Assembly: GCF_009914755.1 (NCBI RefSeq)
Contig: NC_060942.1
Direction: 5' to 3' (one strand)
Source: the human T2T-CHM13v2.0 reference genome, Homo sapiens
Length of the DNA: 64,000 nt
Positions 32,396 through 50,130 of this stretch are shown one piece after another; position 1 is the stretch's first letter, and every line of letters starts with the position of its first letter. A program made the position numbers and the translations under genes. Under the pieces are notes generated by a model that was given only the letters and a program-made list of their open reading frames with translations, was not told where the DNA came from and did no database searches.

Positions 32396-33349
32396 TTTCC
32401 CCATGTGGGTTTGATATTGAATTGTCCCTTGAACATCCCTCATCAGATCAGTGAGGCATAGCTTGAAAGCAAGTGCAGACCTGCAGGTTATCAAAATGTT
32501 ATTTTCCTCAGTACTTGTTAAAACAGCAGGAGCCTGTCGTTGACTGAGAGAAAGGAAATGGTTTGTCACATCCCAGTAGGTTTTTCTGCTGTGGCTCCTG
32601 CTCACTCACATCACGTGAACACCAAGCCGCCTCTAGATTTTGTGCTTGTTGGAACAGAACATTCAGTCTCTCTGCACCTGTAAGTCCCTTCTCTGTGCCT
32701 ACCCCCATAGCTGCTCAGCAAGGAAGAAGTATCACAGCACTTTAAGACAAGAAAAATGGCCCTGCCTAGTTGCCTTTAGTTGCTGGAAGAATGTATGTGA
32801 GGGCTTCAGTGTCTAAAGTGCTCAATTCTGAGATCACACCTGTGGATTCAACTCAGACAGAGACCCTGTCCTGCCCCCTGTTCCCCAACCCAGGCTGGCA
32901 CCTGCACCTGAATACGGAGACTTCGCACCTGCCCCTCAGAGGCACAGGTAGCAGGAACAGAATCATTACTCAAACAGCTCCCAAACTGAAAATGAAAATT
33001 GCTCATGGACTACTGGTAACACCATTTGGGTGTTTAGGAATCTGGAGACCCAGTCTGGGAATCAAGGGACTTCAGTCAAGTGTAAGATCCCCCCTAATTT
33101 GAAAAAAATACCCTGTGAATAGCCCAGACTTTCAGCTAACTTTATCATCCCTTCTTTCCACCACTGTGGTTCTCTCTTTCCTTTTGCAGCAAGACTTCTA
33201 AAGGGAGCAGTCTTGGATTCATTGCCCCTTAACACCTCACAAACTGGCTTTCACCCAAGCCCAGTTTAAAGAGAGACGAGTCAAAGTCAAGTTTTCACTC
33301 TTGACTTTTCAGCACTCCTTGCCAATCAGCAACGAAAGCCCTTTTTAAA

Positions 33350-36165
<2,816 letters not shown>

Positions 36166-36666
36166 GTATGTCTTTGTGGGGTAATGACCTGGAAGTGATA
36201 GAGTTAGGAAAGAAGGATGAAAACCCAGACCGTGTGGGAGGAGGAGAGGAATCCAGAATGTTGGGCATGTAGAGTGGAGGCCGGTGGGTGCCAGGCAAGC
36301 ATCGAAAACTCCTGAAGCACTTAACTGTGTGCCACACCCTTGGCTGGGCCCTGTGCACCATCTTATTCAATCCTTATGAGATGAGGCCTTTTTTCATAGT
36401 TTTCAAAATCATCCCATTATATGGGTTATTCTTGTAAGCTACATCATATCCTTTATGTAATGAGGCCAGGTATACATCTATGCACACCTAAAACTTGAGG
36501 GTGATTTTTTGCACCAATAATGAAAATGAAGTTTAGCAAAACTTGCCAAGGTCATCAACTAGTCAGAAATAGAATTCAGACTCAGAAACTGGGGTGGGAG
36601 GGTCATTTTTTACTTCTTCCCTTCTCTTTCCTATTTCTAGTCAATCTTCAAGAAGTATCAAGTCCA

Positions 36667-37037
<371 letters not shown>

Positions 37038-37089
37038 CTAGTACGACAGTTTCTTTATTGGTCTTCCTGCCCTATGGCCTGGATTCATG

Positions 37090-38390
37090 CTAGAACATGT
37101 AACTCTCTCTGCCTCACTCATCTTTAAATGGGGATCATTGCAGAACCTACCTCATGAAGTTATTGTGAAGGTTAAATGAGCTAACACAGTTAGAGTGTTC
37201 AGCATAGAATATAATAAGCACTCAGCAAGGGTAACCTATTATTCTCCATAAAGCCACCAGGTCATTATATCATGTCACAACCTGGATTAAAGCATTAGTT
37301 AGTTTCCCACTGCCCTCTGTGTTTGTACTTCTGCACATACTGCACAAGGCTCTTGGTGATATGGCCCACTGCAGCCTTTAGACCTCCAGCCCCTTCTTTT
37401 CCCACTCTATTCCTCTTGACTTCCGTGCTTCAGCCACACTGAGCTTCCAGTAGTTTCTAAAGGCACTGTAATACCCTTTTCCTGACCTTAGGAGCTTTCT
37501 CAGCCCTCTGTACATCTTTTATCACAATACTTACTGTGCTGGAATGGCCTGTTTACTTTTCTGATTTCTCCTTTAGTCCGTAAGCCCAGGATGGCCAGAA
37601 AAAGATATCAGTCTTATTCATCACTAATTCCTCAGAATTCAGCATGGTTCCTGGCACGTTATAGGCTCCCAAACATTATTTATCAAATAGGTGGATGGGT
37701 AGGCACATAGGAGGGAGGAAGAAAATTTAACAATTCTGTGGCCCCAAAGTCCAGTACCCTTTGGACTACTCCAGCCTTCTTGCAGCTCTCTAAAGCAAGT
37801 AGAAAGTAAGTGCCATACTCAGAGGACTGGGGAGGGTGGGGCTAGAAGACACCTCCTTTCCTCCCGCTTCAGTCCTATCTTCCACATTCACTAGCATTTT
37901 CTTTCTTACAAATCTAAGATTTGTAACTTCAGTGCTTAAAATACACAAGTTCCCCACTGCTTACAGGAAAGGAGTGCACCCCTTAGAGTGGCACACCGGA
38001 ACTGTCAGCATCTTGCCCCTCCCTTCTCCCCTCTGCAGCTCACAACTCTTGGCCGTCTCCCAAGGACATGCTGCTGTTTCCTGCCTATGTGACTTTTCCA
38101 GGTCCCTCTATCTTGGATGAATCTTTCCAGACCTTGCTCAGTTATCATCACTTCCATGGAGGTTTCCTAATCTCTCAGGCATCATTATATACTCTTGGCT
38201 CCCATAGTACTCTGTAGAGCCTTTGTTATAGCCCACCTCAATCTGTCCCATATTGCTCTGTGCACTGTCTGCCCTATTAGAATGTAAAGTGTTCAAAGAA
38301 AACATATATTCACTTTGGAGAACCCAGCCTTACCACTTGTGAGCTGTGTAGATTTGGGCAAGTTGCCTATATTCTCTAAGCCTCGAATAT
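37090..38390. mobile_element. Cluster of MIR and L2 fragments
   Basis: MIR core (acctacctcatg...gttattgtgaaggttaaatgag) and L2 motifs (ttcagccacactg, cctggcacgttataggctc). Confidence 0.5.
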
Positions 38391-38444
38391 AATAATGCAT
38401 AAAAATATTTATTAAGATGAGAAGTGACCATTTCTGCCTTACAG

Positions 38445-38535
38445 GTTTGGTGCCTGGAATGCTGACCTAGATCTGGAAACTAGCCCAGATGAAAGCAAGA
38501 ATGATGAGGCCACAGTGTCCATGAAAGTAGGGTGA
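38445..38535 (+). CDS. Candidate alternative KIAA1328 last exon coding (R)FGAWNADLDLETSPDESKNDEATVSMKVG*
   Basis: Acceptor tgaccatttctgccttacAG|G at 38444/38445, open frame in the same phase as the canonical last exon, two AATAAA at 39185 and 39221. Inference only. Confidence 0.35.
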
Positions 38536-41184
38536 GGAGGGTGTCCAGTGGAGCCAGAGGGAGTGCCAAGAGGGAGGTCCTTGGAACACGGAGGATCCAG
38601 AAGGCCCAGGAGTAGAAAGCAGCGTTGGCATTTGTAAGAAAGTAGAAGAGGTGGTTGGCCAGAGGACAGGCCCTGTTCAAGATCTGACCAGGACATCAGA
38701 GCTGGCCTCTCCCTCCCTTCTTCCTTGCAGGCCACAGCTGAGCAGCCTTAACTGACACCTCCTTGGCACCAGCACACAAACAATGGCCCATGGCCTGACG
38801 TCTTCCAGGATGCCCTAGGCCCGTGCCCTTCACCTGTTCTGCAGCTGTAAGACTGTGGTGTTTGCCCTCCTTGATTCTTCCAGGTACTGCCCCACCCTGT
38901 TCTTCTCCCCATTCTTTGAGTGCTGAGATTGGCCAGTCCCATGCTGAGATGAGGGAGCTGGAGGAGGGGAGACTGGCTCTCACTCCTCATTGCTGCCCAT
39001 TGGGATGGGATGAACTTCACAGCTCTGGTTTCCTCTGTTCTTCTCTCAGCTGCAGGTGATTTAAGCTTGTTGGATTTATATAACATTGGGAAATGGTAAA
39101 CTGTGTAAATTTGCTATGTTTTCCAGGGACAGTTATTTATGGAAGGGCATTTTTAACTCGAGTGCTAGAAGTGTTAAATCATTATAATAAATTCATGCTA
39201 TTCAGACTTTCTTACATTGTAATAAATTTTTTCTAAGCATGAATGAGAAGATCCATGATTCTTCTAATATACCATTATGTATTTCTTCTCAAAATGACAC
39301 AGCTTACTACAAGTTGGAGAATAATAGAAGGAGATTTACTGTGTTGGAGGGGAAAAAAAGCAGTTGAGCAGGGATGAGTCTGAGAAAGGACTTTGGAGCA
39401 GTGATCACAAGCAGAACTTCTCCCTGCCTCTCCGCTTGCTTAGCCAGATGGAAGGAACAGGCATTGAGGGGTTGCATCCCCTCAATCTCCCACCTGAGCT
39501 TAGGGACAGCCTTTGTGCACAGAAATGGGGCACCCTAGTTGCCCTCTGCGCTGTCCTGTCCAGGGGCAGGTGTGGGAGTGAGGCTGTGTTAGAAAGAGAA
39601 GCGGTCTTTCCTCATGATATCAAAGCCCTGCCAGGAACATCAGTCTGGGCAGAGAGCTGCCCTGCATATAGCACCCTCTCCTCACCTCACTCTTCACCTG
39701 AGAGCTCACCTGGATCAGAAGATTCATACCTTCCACCAGATTCTCAAAGGGATCTGTGACCCAAAAAAATTCAGGAATCACTGGTCTTGGGTGAATTCTG
39801 AAGCATTTTCTGATTGTCCACTATGTGCTAACCAAAGTTCAGCAACATAGCTCCAGACTTCCAGCAGAGGACAGGGCAGTGAGGCAGAAGGTCAAGTTGA
39901 GCTGCAATTAAGAGTTCCTTGAGGTCAGTGCAGTCACAGAGCCCTGAACAGTAACCTCTGGGTCAGGGTCTTCAATCAGAATTTTCCCAGGCAGAGAAGC
40001 ACTGTGTTCAAAGGCATGGAGAAAAGAACCCCAAGGTAGTGAGCTCATGGACAGCCTTGAATGCTAGGCTTGGCATTTAAACTTGGAGGAGCAGCAAGGC
40101 TCATGCTTGCATAGGCCCATGAGACCTGCATAGACTGCAGTCCTTGGCAACAGTTTACTTAGTGTTCCATCAGAGGCTTGGGTTTAAGTTCTTGCTCTGT
40201 AGCTGTGTGACATTGCACAAGTCCCTTCACCACTCAGTGCCTGTCTGCAAAACATAGATAGCACATGTATGCATGCCTGCCTTGCCTGGCACAGTATCTG
40301 TAGGGATCTGATGGAAGGATGCTCATGCACCTGCTGAGTAAACAACTGCAAACCTCTTTATACATATCAGGTGTCTATAATTTATCTGGAGGCTGGCAAG
40401 GGGCAGTGGGCCCCTCTGAAGCATGGAGAGTGGGGGATTCCATGATAGCCAGACAGAGCTGGGAAGCTGGGCCTGCCAGCTCCCAACCATCGCTGCCTCC
40501 CGCGCATGTCACCACCTCAGGCAGTGCCTCCAGCAGGGCACCCCACTGCCACACTTGCCCTGGTTTGAGAATGTCATTTACCTCTGTTTCTCCCATCAGC
40601 CTAGAACTTCGTCCCTCATACAAGGTCCTGGCTTCTTAAGACACCTCTGCCTCAATGGCCCTGGCTCTCCAGATCTCAGCCTTGAGGAGTGTCAGCATCA
40701 GGCAGAGCTGAGAGCCGTTCCAGGGTTGGGACCTCAGTTGTGGTCCACATGGCCATCTGCCTCCATGAGGGGTGCCTATGGGTAACTCCTGCCCTTCTTT
40801 CTCGTACTCCCCACCCCAGCCTCCATCCTCCACGTCTAGTATTTCCAAATCTGTCCCTTTCTTCAGAACTGAACAATTAGTGATATTATTTTCTTGTTTT
40901 GCCAGTCAGGCTGCCCCTGGGGATGGGGTGGGAAGGGCATCCCCAATTGTTTCTGAGCCATGGCTAGTGTGTTTTTAATGGGCTGGAGGAGAAACCATGG
41001 TGGCCTGATCATGCTGCTGTGACTGCCGAGGTTGCAAGCTTTCCATGTCTATGTTTGGGGGTCTCTCCTTTGATGTTACCCAGCGCATTGTCTGAGGAAG
41101 GAAGCAGGTGGGGATTGGTCTCTGCAATGCCCGGTCCACGTGACTGACCGCTCTCCCCAAGCTAACCCAGCTAATGTTCAAACA

Positions 41185-41965
41185 AGCCATTTTTTTCATA
41201 CATTTTATTTTGAAGTCAGACATACAGAGAAGTTTTAGAAATAACACAAGGAATACTTTTATACCCTTTACTCATATTCCCCAAGTGTTAACATTTAACT
41301 TGTTTGCTTTATCATACTCTCTCACACACATATAAACACTGTATTATTACTTTTTTCTGGAAACATTTGAGAGTAAATTGCTGACCTAATATCCTTATTT
41401 CCCCAAAAAGTTCAGTATATATTTCCTAAACAAGGACAGCCTCTTATATAACCACAGTACAGGTATCAAAATTAAGAAATCAATGCTGACACAGTACCTG
41501 ATCTTATTTAAGTGTTGCCAGTTGTTGAACTAATATCCTTTGTAACCAAAAAACAAAAACAAAAAAAAGAAAGAAATTCTGGCCAAGGATCACAAGTTAC
41601 ATTTAGTTGTCTTGTCTCTTTAAATGAGCACAAGCCATTTACTTCATAGAACATTTTGGGTTTGTCTTGTTTCCTTATGATTAGATTCTGGTTATGCATT
41701 CTCAGCAAGAATAAGTGACACTGTCTCCTTTTGAACACATCTGACCAGGAGGCCCATGATAGCATTTGTTACATATTACATTCCAGATGATACTTACTTT
41801 GATCACCTGGTTAAGGTGGTATCTGCCAGGTTTCTCCTTGTATAATAAAATTACTAACTTTCCCTTTGTAATGTATAAGTATTTTGTGGGGGTATACTTT
41901 GAGGCTATGTAAATATTGTTTCTCATACCTTTTTTTTTACCCACTTGTTTTATCATCCATTGATG
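41185..41965 (-). mobile_element. L1MC 3' end
   Basis: acaaggacagcctcttatataaccacagtac and ttgatcacctggttaaggtggtatctgccagg motifs. Confidence 0.75.
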
Positions 41966-44273
41966 TTTCAGCACATTGCGTTTAAATCCTTAGTCTTCTA
42001 CTTTGCCCCTGCCTACTCTCTTTGACCAGTCCACTCCTAGGAGACAGATTGGAAACAGAGACCATTTACTTCTGATCCTCAGGGCCATTAGGTAGGCCAA
42101 GAACTACATACAAAGCAACACACAACAGCATGGGAACAAGAGCCCAGTGAAGTGGTTCCCACTCAGGGCACTAGAAAGTCAGAAAACAGGTGCTCTGTTT
42201 CCAGTAGACCCCCTGGAGTAGGTGGACCCTGGACTAGGACTTAAGGACAGGGAGAATTTGGATGGCCAGAAATCCGGAATGGCATGAGAATCTGTGTCCA
42301 TATGCCATATTTGAGGGCCCCAGTGAGACCCTGCCCCGAATGCCTGTCATCCCAGGAGCTCCCAGAGTACTGGGAAGACCTGAACCACCAGGCTTTCTTT
42401 TGATCCCTGTTCAGAGTTAGGGCAACATGGGGCAGAGGGGCCCTGCAAAGAGTGGGCCAGGCCCAGGGTGCTTCAGAAGAGGCCTGTGGAAGGCATCCCC
42501 GCTTCCACTCCCCACCTCTTCTCATGCATTCAGCAAACACTGGTGAGCACCTACTCCATGCCAGATATTGAAGTCAATGCTGAAGACACATAATACTCTC
42601 AAAGGGGATGCTTTGAGCCCAGAGATTCTTAAGGTCACTCAGCACTGAGGGCAAGGCAGGAGCTGGATCCTGCCCAGAATCAAGAGCAAAATACAGTGGA
42701 GGATAAAACCCTTTGCCAAGCTCCCTCATTCCAGGGTGACTGTCATACCCAGAGCAAGGATGAGGGTACTCACAGTCATGCATCTCCTCTGACCTCTCTT
42801 CTCCAGTGCCCTTTCCCGGCACTTGGCAGAGAGCTTCAGGGACACTGACGCTGGGCCAAATCCCTGAGACCCAGGCTGCCTGCTCACTTTGCAGAGGAGG
42901 GATCTGAGGCCAGAGAGATCTGAGCCTTTCCAGGACTGGCCTGACTTCACTTTTCTGCCCTGTGGATAGGCTGTGTGTCTCTGTTTGAGGCTTGGAAGCA
43001 CAGTCAGCAAGGAGGCTTTTGAGGCAGGAGCCATTATGCCTTGAATATGTGCCTTGAATAGGTAGCTTTTTCCAATGTAATATGAAGATTACATACACGG
43101 CGTCTGCCATAGGGCAGACCTGGGTTCAAATCCCAGTTCTGGGGTTCACATGACTTTCATAGAGCATATAAGCTCATCTGTAAAATAGGGCCCAGGATTG
43201 CTGCGAAGGTTAACTGGAATGGTGTCCCTGAAGTAGCCAGGACAGTGTCCAGATGACAAGTAGGTAGATTGTTTTGAAACAAGGCCTGTGTCTTCCCCCA
43301 GCATATTCCCAGCCTACCTAAAATATCTTGCAGTTCTTCAGACGGTCTGGGGTCCTTTGTTCCTTCATGACCCCTCCCATGGAGTCCGTGTAACACCCGC
43401 TCACCCTACAAAACCTGACCCAGGTGTCTCCACTTTCCCAGACAGGGCCACTTGCCTTCCCTCCTCTGGGCTGTCCTGGGCCCCCAACACAGTTCCCACA
43501 GGCTAGTGTGCAGTTGTCTTTTGCTTGTCAAGGAACCTCATGGGGGAATTAGTGCAGCTGATTTCGAATCCTGGCTCCATTACTTTCTTACAGTGTGGTT
43601 TGGGGCAAGTTACCTACCTTATCCAAGCCTGTTTGTTCATCTGTAAGGTAGGGTGATAGCAGCTTGCAGAATTACAGGATTAGAGATAATACCCATAACA
43701 TACCTCACATTGGGCCTGGAAAGTACCCAGTGTGTGCTATCTTCATCTCTTCACCTCTAATCCTTAGTGCAGTGCTGTGCTCAGTAGGTACACTATAAAT
43801 ACTGGTTCAGCAGGTTAGGGAACAAATTACTCCCCATGCCCAGGTAGTTTTCATTTTAAAAGCAGAACTAATGAGGCCCAGGTCTAACCCAAAGAAAAAG
43901 GCCTAACAATGGGATCTGAGACCCTGTGTAGGACGGGAGTACAGTGAGAAGCTTGGGGCATGTGTGTTGGATCTCCTTAGTAGAAGCCCACATCCTGCCC
44001 ATGCAGGGTGAAAATGACCCACAGTTGTCCTGATCCTGAAGCCCCTCCTTGGTTCCCATGAGGAGAGCAGGAAATGGAAGGGAAACAAGGTTGACAGCTC
44101 CTGGGCCCTCTGGACTTCCTGCCATCCCAATGCCCATGGCTCCCTGAGCTGGGCCCCAGGAATAGGTAAGGACAGAGAGGCAACAGCAACAATGAATCAT
44201 GTTGGAGACCCTGAAGACAAGAGGCATCTTTGTGCCTCAATTAGTGAAGTATGGGGCCTTCACAAATGGCTGA

Positions 44274-44608
<335 letters not shown>

Positions 44609-45169
44609 AGCAATAAGCTTAATTTTTTTATAAGCAAATTCTTAAAATCAATGCAAACCCAGTTGAGCACCTCCAGTTTGCACTGATCTTAAGAATTTGC
44701 TTATCATTTTCTCCAGTGTTAAGTGTACTGGGGGAAATGGCTGACACAGCTCAAAAGGCTTTTGAACTTCAGGTAGCTCCATAAAATGTTAATAAATATT
44801 ATATTTATTACAATTTAATTTTCTCTCCTTGTTAATAATAAAAGCTCCTGTCTGTCCCTACAACCAGCAAGTGCTACCAAGGAGGGGGACTTATGCACCC
44901 ATTAGCAACACGTTTACTAACTTGTTACTCACTCACCTTTAAGAACTCCAGCTCTATCAAGGAGAGAAGATAATCAAGGAGAGAAGGGAAGAAAAGGATT
45001 GGTACCTAGATCAATATAGATGCTGTCATTTCTTAAAGGTGAAATTGGGGTTGTTGAGAAAAAAAATCAGAAGAAAGAAGGGAGTAGGAGACATGAGAGA
45101 AGGGCTGGAGGGGAGTAACTGTGCAGAGAGTTTATAACTGAGGGAGATGTGATGTAGAGATCAAGGGCA

Positions 45170-45370
45170 CAGCCATGCAGCTAGACCTGGACTTGAATGC
45201 TGATTCTGGGTAATTTAGGTGAGGGACTTAACCTCTCTGAGCCTCAGTTTTTGCATCTGTAAAGTAGGGTAATATCATCTGCATCATAGAATTATTGTGA
45301 GAATTCGATGAGATTATAACTAAGCAGTTCTTAATGCAGTGGCTAGTACAGAGCAGCACCCCATAAATGA
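45170..45370 (+). mobile_element. MIR
   Basis: cttaacctctctgagcctcagttt...catctgtaaa core (further MIRs at ~43100-43260, 43550-43740, 46240-46380, 58130-58320). Confidence 0.7.
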
Positions 45371-48300
45371 CAGCTACACCCGTGCCTCAATGAATGATGC
45401 CCAAATGATAAGAGTGGAACTGGATGGCCCTGATGCCTCTGCTCAGTCAGTGGGTCCCGAGCATCCCAAGGCCTGGGCTCACCTCTTGGGAGTCACATGG
45501 GGCAGCTACAGGAGCCTAGGCACATCACTGCCTGGCTCTGGGTCTCCTCACTGAAAATGAGGATGACAGCTGAGTTCCTTCCACCTACACACTCCATGCC
45601 CACACACTTAAAGAGCAGGGTAAACAAGAACTGGCAACACAGGCTGCTGCTAGGGAGAGAAATGGATGACTGGATTCAGGGGTGGGAAGAACTTCATTGT
45701 TTCCTTTTTCCTGTGTTTTGAATTTTGAAATATATGAATACATTATTCAAAAAAATAGATAAAAAATTTTAAAATGCAAAGACCAAATTAGTATGCAGCC
45801 TGAGGCCATGTGAGCCCAGAGGAGGAAGGTTGCAGACAGCAGCAGTCACAGTTGCATTGGGAATGCTCTTGCGAAAGGAAAGGGCAAAGAGAGCAGCAGG
45901 GGCGCAGGAGTGTCAGCTAATTGGGGTCCCTGGAAAGAGCAGTGAGAGGCAGAGGTGTGTGCACCTCGGCATGACAGGAATTCTCTGGGAGTGGCATATG
46001 CTGACTGGACTTCACAAAAAAATGACCTAAAATGGTCTTGTGTCAAGTTCAAGTTTGCTTCTGTTGGGAGGTGGATTGTCAATAGAATGGAATTAAGAAA
46101 AGGGAAGGAGGATGAGATCGCAGCCTGAGCCATTCATTCTGAGTATCTATGCTGTAAGAAATTTGCCACTCTGATAATCCTTGGGGTGGAATGTAGCTGA
46201 GTGTGGCTGTCTCTTGTTCACTTCTCAACACTCTCGGGGATGATATTATCCCCATTTTAGAGATAAGGAAATTGAGGCTCAGAGAGGTTAAGTAATGTTT
46301 CCAAAGTGACACAGAAGGTATTAGAGAGAACTGTGATTTTAATCCTGGTCTGAAGTCAAAGTCCATGCCTTTTTCACTCTGATACCCTAATCCTTCCATC
46401 TCCTCTGCTAGTCTGGGAAAGTCCTGGTTAGAGCTCCACAAAGGGCAGAAGCAGAGATGGAGATGCTCAGAGTTTCCTGAAGAGGCAAACAGTTAGGCTG
46501 GCAGGAAGAGGGAGAAAGGGTGATACAGAGGGCCCTGGGGAGCTGATGCTGGCTCTCCAGGCTTCCACTCTGTCACTAGCAAGTCCCGGGGCACCTGGGA
46601 GTGTTGGGGACCAGAGACTGGGGGGTAACCAAGGGGAGAACTTGAGGAGAGAAGGGAGGGCAGCTTAGAGAAATGGAGGGAGGGTCAGTAGGGGGAGGAA
46701 ACTAGAAAGTTAAAATAAAAATCTTATACTTGCAAGCATTTATCTGGGGATGGGAGGGTGTGTTGACTATACACTTATTCCACGTGCTGTCACTACTTAA
46801 AGAGTATTTCCAGAACAGCTGCCTCTTTGGGACATGCCTTCAGTTGTCCGTAATTTGTCCATTCCTTCCTTCCTTATTCACTCATTAATGCAGGAATGAA
46901 TCAATATTGACTGAATATCCAACTTCCAGAACTCACTAGTCTGTTGAAGGTAGTACATCAATGGTAGCTAATAATTTTTATTTGGGGGTGGGTTCCATTT
47001 GGGTAAATAGTCAAATGGCATTCACAGCCAAGTCTGATGCTGTCACTTTGGGCTGGGCTTCCTAAGCTCACTGCCATATGTCCCTTATCCACTTTACCAA
47101 GTGGGCAAGCAAGGTGGGGAATGTTTATCTGTGTTTTATCCACTGTAATTCAAACACTAGCCCTGCAGACCCTGTGCTATGGGGATCTGCAGCTTTGCCC
47201 AGATGACTAGCAGCAGTCCTGGAGGATGGAGGCCTTGGCAGTGCTTGCATGAGTGGGGAAGCTCTAGTATGTCTTGTGTTTCTCTCTACCAGTGCTTAGC
47301 ATGAGGGACGGAGGTGTAATCCTGCTCAGAACAGGAAAAAGGTCAGATCTTTAGAAAAACACAGAGGGAGATGGGAGCATTAAATGAAAAGTCTCATATA
47401 AACATAACTTTTTCATACTAGCATCACAGAGATAGGAGGATAAAAGGAGAAGAAAGAGAAAAGAGAAGCTGTGACTACAAAGCTTTGGAGGAAGAGCTGG
47501 AAGGACTTTGAAAGTGCTGCTGGGAACAGGTGCAGTTGCCCTGGGGAGGTGCTGGAGAGAAGCCTGGGGCTCCCACCAGGAGCCAGTTCCACCCCAGGAT
47601 AAGGCTGTGGTGAGGCTATGAAGGCCAAGTTCCCCAGCGGCTGCCACAGCAAGGTTACAGATGCCCAACAGGCCAGAGCCAGCTGGCAGACATCAATGCA
47701 GCATGGAAAACATTAAGGGGAAGTGGAGGCATTTAGCAATGAAATGACTTGATACCTGGGATTTTTGTCAAACTACTGTTGGAGTTGAGGTATGCTGAAG
47801 CTAGGTAGTGAGTACTTGCCTAAGGGATTCCTTAGGCAAGTGTCTCTACTCTTGTTTCTTGTGCTTGAAATAAAAAGTTTCTAATAATAAGCAAAAGGTC
47901 TTTTACAAATAGGGGTGCTATGAAGAAGCCACACACTGCATATAGGATAATAGCAAAGGAATAAAAGCCATAGAATAGAAGCAGAAATCAACAAGAATTT
48001 TGTCTTGGGTTCTCTTAACTAACATTGCAAATCAGGAGTTCTTAACCAGGGAGTGATGGATGAGTTGCAGGGATCCCTGAGCTCTCTCTCCATAATCATG
48101 TGCAAAGTGATCCAGTAGTTTCCAGCAAGTTTTCAAGGAATCTCTTTTCCCCAGAGGTTAATAAATTGTATTCTCTCTTAAGTGTGCTATGCATGTATCA
48201 GTCACCTGGTGCGTGGTTTTTACATTGAAGGTTTCTTTTATAGAACTGGAATGTTCATATCTGGCTCCAGTGTTGTCAGCTCCCCTCTCAGTCAGCCATA

Positions 48301-50124
48301 CCCGGAAGAGGGCGAAATTGCCTGGCTGGCTTCACAGCCCATCTCTCTGGTGACAGCTCCCAGGGTGCCTAAGCCCTTAGCTACAACACTTTAAGTGGAG
48401 GTAGGGGAGGGCTATGTCCCAGAGACAAGGGTACACAGTGGGGAGGTGGACACAAACAGGAGAGGTCTGGGGAGGTCACTTGGGGATCTCTGGGAGGCTT
48501 CCTGGGGTCTGAAAGAGTAAGAGGGGGTGCTGGGGGTTGAGGCTGTCCTCTTTCAGCTGCAGGTATGCAACAGAAATCACCGTGTTGACTAGTCGGAGGC
48601 TCAAAACCTAAAGACACCTCCCCACTCCCCAGAGAATTTCTTAGAAAACACCTTCCATTCTTCTCAGGGCAGAATAATACCCAGTCTGACATCCAGCCCC
48701 TTGAAGCTAATTCTTCCAAGAAGTGCAGCTCCCTAGAATGGACACAGCAGGCTGTCACTTGGACTTGCAGCCCTGTTGAACAGCAAAAGGGGGTTAGTTT
48801 AGGGGACATTCAGGGTCTCCTCAGTCCCTCTCTCGGAACCATGTCCACATTTAGGTCAAGGCTGGAAGGCCTTCCCTTATTTGCTGATACACGAAGATCT
48901 TTCTCTCCAGCCTAATGCATCACAGGCCAACATCAGAAGCACAGATTTGGCCCCTGGCCCTGAAAAGAGAGATGGGAGGAGAGGATGGAGCATGGGATCC
49001 AGGCACTGCTCTGTAGCTGGGGCTCTGAGCTCTACTCTCCATACCCTCCTTCAGAGGAGACAGGTGGGGACCGAAGCCATTTCCCCATCTCCCACAGGGG
49101 GACACAGACTGACAGGCAGTCAATGACCCTTGTTTCTGGGGCCTTGTCTTCTCTCCTCCAGGCATCTGAACCTTGCAGCTTCCCTGCCCCTCACTTGGCA
49201 GCCCTCCTGTCTCAGCAGTGGAGAGAGGTGGGGGCCCTGGGAAAGAGTTGCCCGTTCCTAGACCAGACTGCAGAGCTGAGGGCAGGGGAAGGGAAGGAGG
49301 TGGGATAGTGAAGATTGAGAAGGTCTGTCCCAGGCCAGGACTGGGTGAAGGCATGCAGCTGGTGTGCAGCTGTCTGGGCTCTCCTCTCCAGAGGCCTGCC
49401 GCCCCTCTCCAAGTCCTGCGTGGTGTTCTTCCTCCTTCGGAATGCTTTTCCCTCCCACCCTGGCATTCAGGGTCTGGACACCTCTCTCCAGCTCGTATCT
49501 AAGTGTAGGACAGGCAGCATGCCAGGAAACGCCCCAGGGGAGGGCCCCTACTCTTCTTTCTACATCCTTGCCCCCACCAGGACCCTGACTGAGGGCCCAG
49601 AATCCTGTTTTCTCCATCCCTGCAAACTGCCAAAGCAGCGGGAGGTGTGGGGCCAAGAGCAAGATGCTTGCTGGTAAATTTGGAGTTGCATCCTCATCCT
49701 TCTTCCTTTATTGTGGCCTCTTCCCTCCACTGCCTCCTTCCCTAAGGTGTCACATAACTTCCCCCCAACCCAACACTTGCTCGGCCTTCAGGTCGGGTGG
49801 CCTAGGTAGCCTCCTTTCTGTTCTGCTTGGACACTGTGGCCACCTCTGCCAGGAACCCAGAAGAATGAATTTGCAATGGGGACTTTCAGAGACACACACC
49901 AGTCCAGAGAGATTCTTCCTAGAGTGGAACAGGACCTCCTTTTATTGTTCCCATCACCTCCCAGAAGAGCCTCACATGCTGAGGCTCAGAACGAGGGCCT
50001 GTGTGGCAGATTCCATAAAGAGGACCAAAGCTACTTCCAGTGGGCAAGCCTTGGGGCTGTGAGGCACAGCTGGCCAGAGTCCGAGAGGCACAGACCAATG
50101 AAGAAATCTTTTTTTAAACTGTGC

Positions 50125-50130
50125 TTTATT
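50125..50130 (-). terminator. CELF4 distal polyadenylation signal AATAAA
   Basis: tttatt on + at 50125-50130, with a downstream U/GU-rich sequence on the minus strand (gatttcttcattggtctgtg). Confidence 0.7.

Noticed and set aside
46500-50060. Numerous 80-145 aa overlapping ORFs between the genes (similarly 55000-60200)
   Set aside because: No recognisable domains or coherent exon structure, and many lack a true ATG start; this is expected background in ~55% GC sequence
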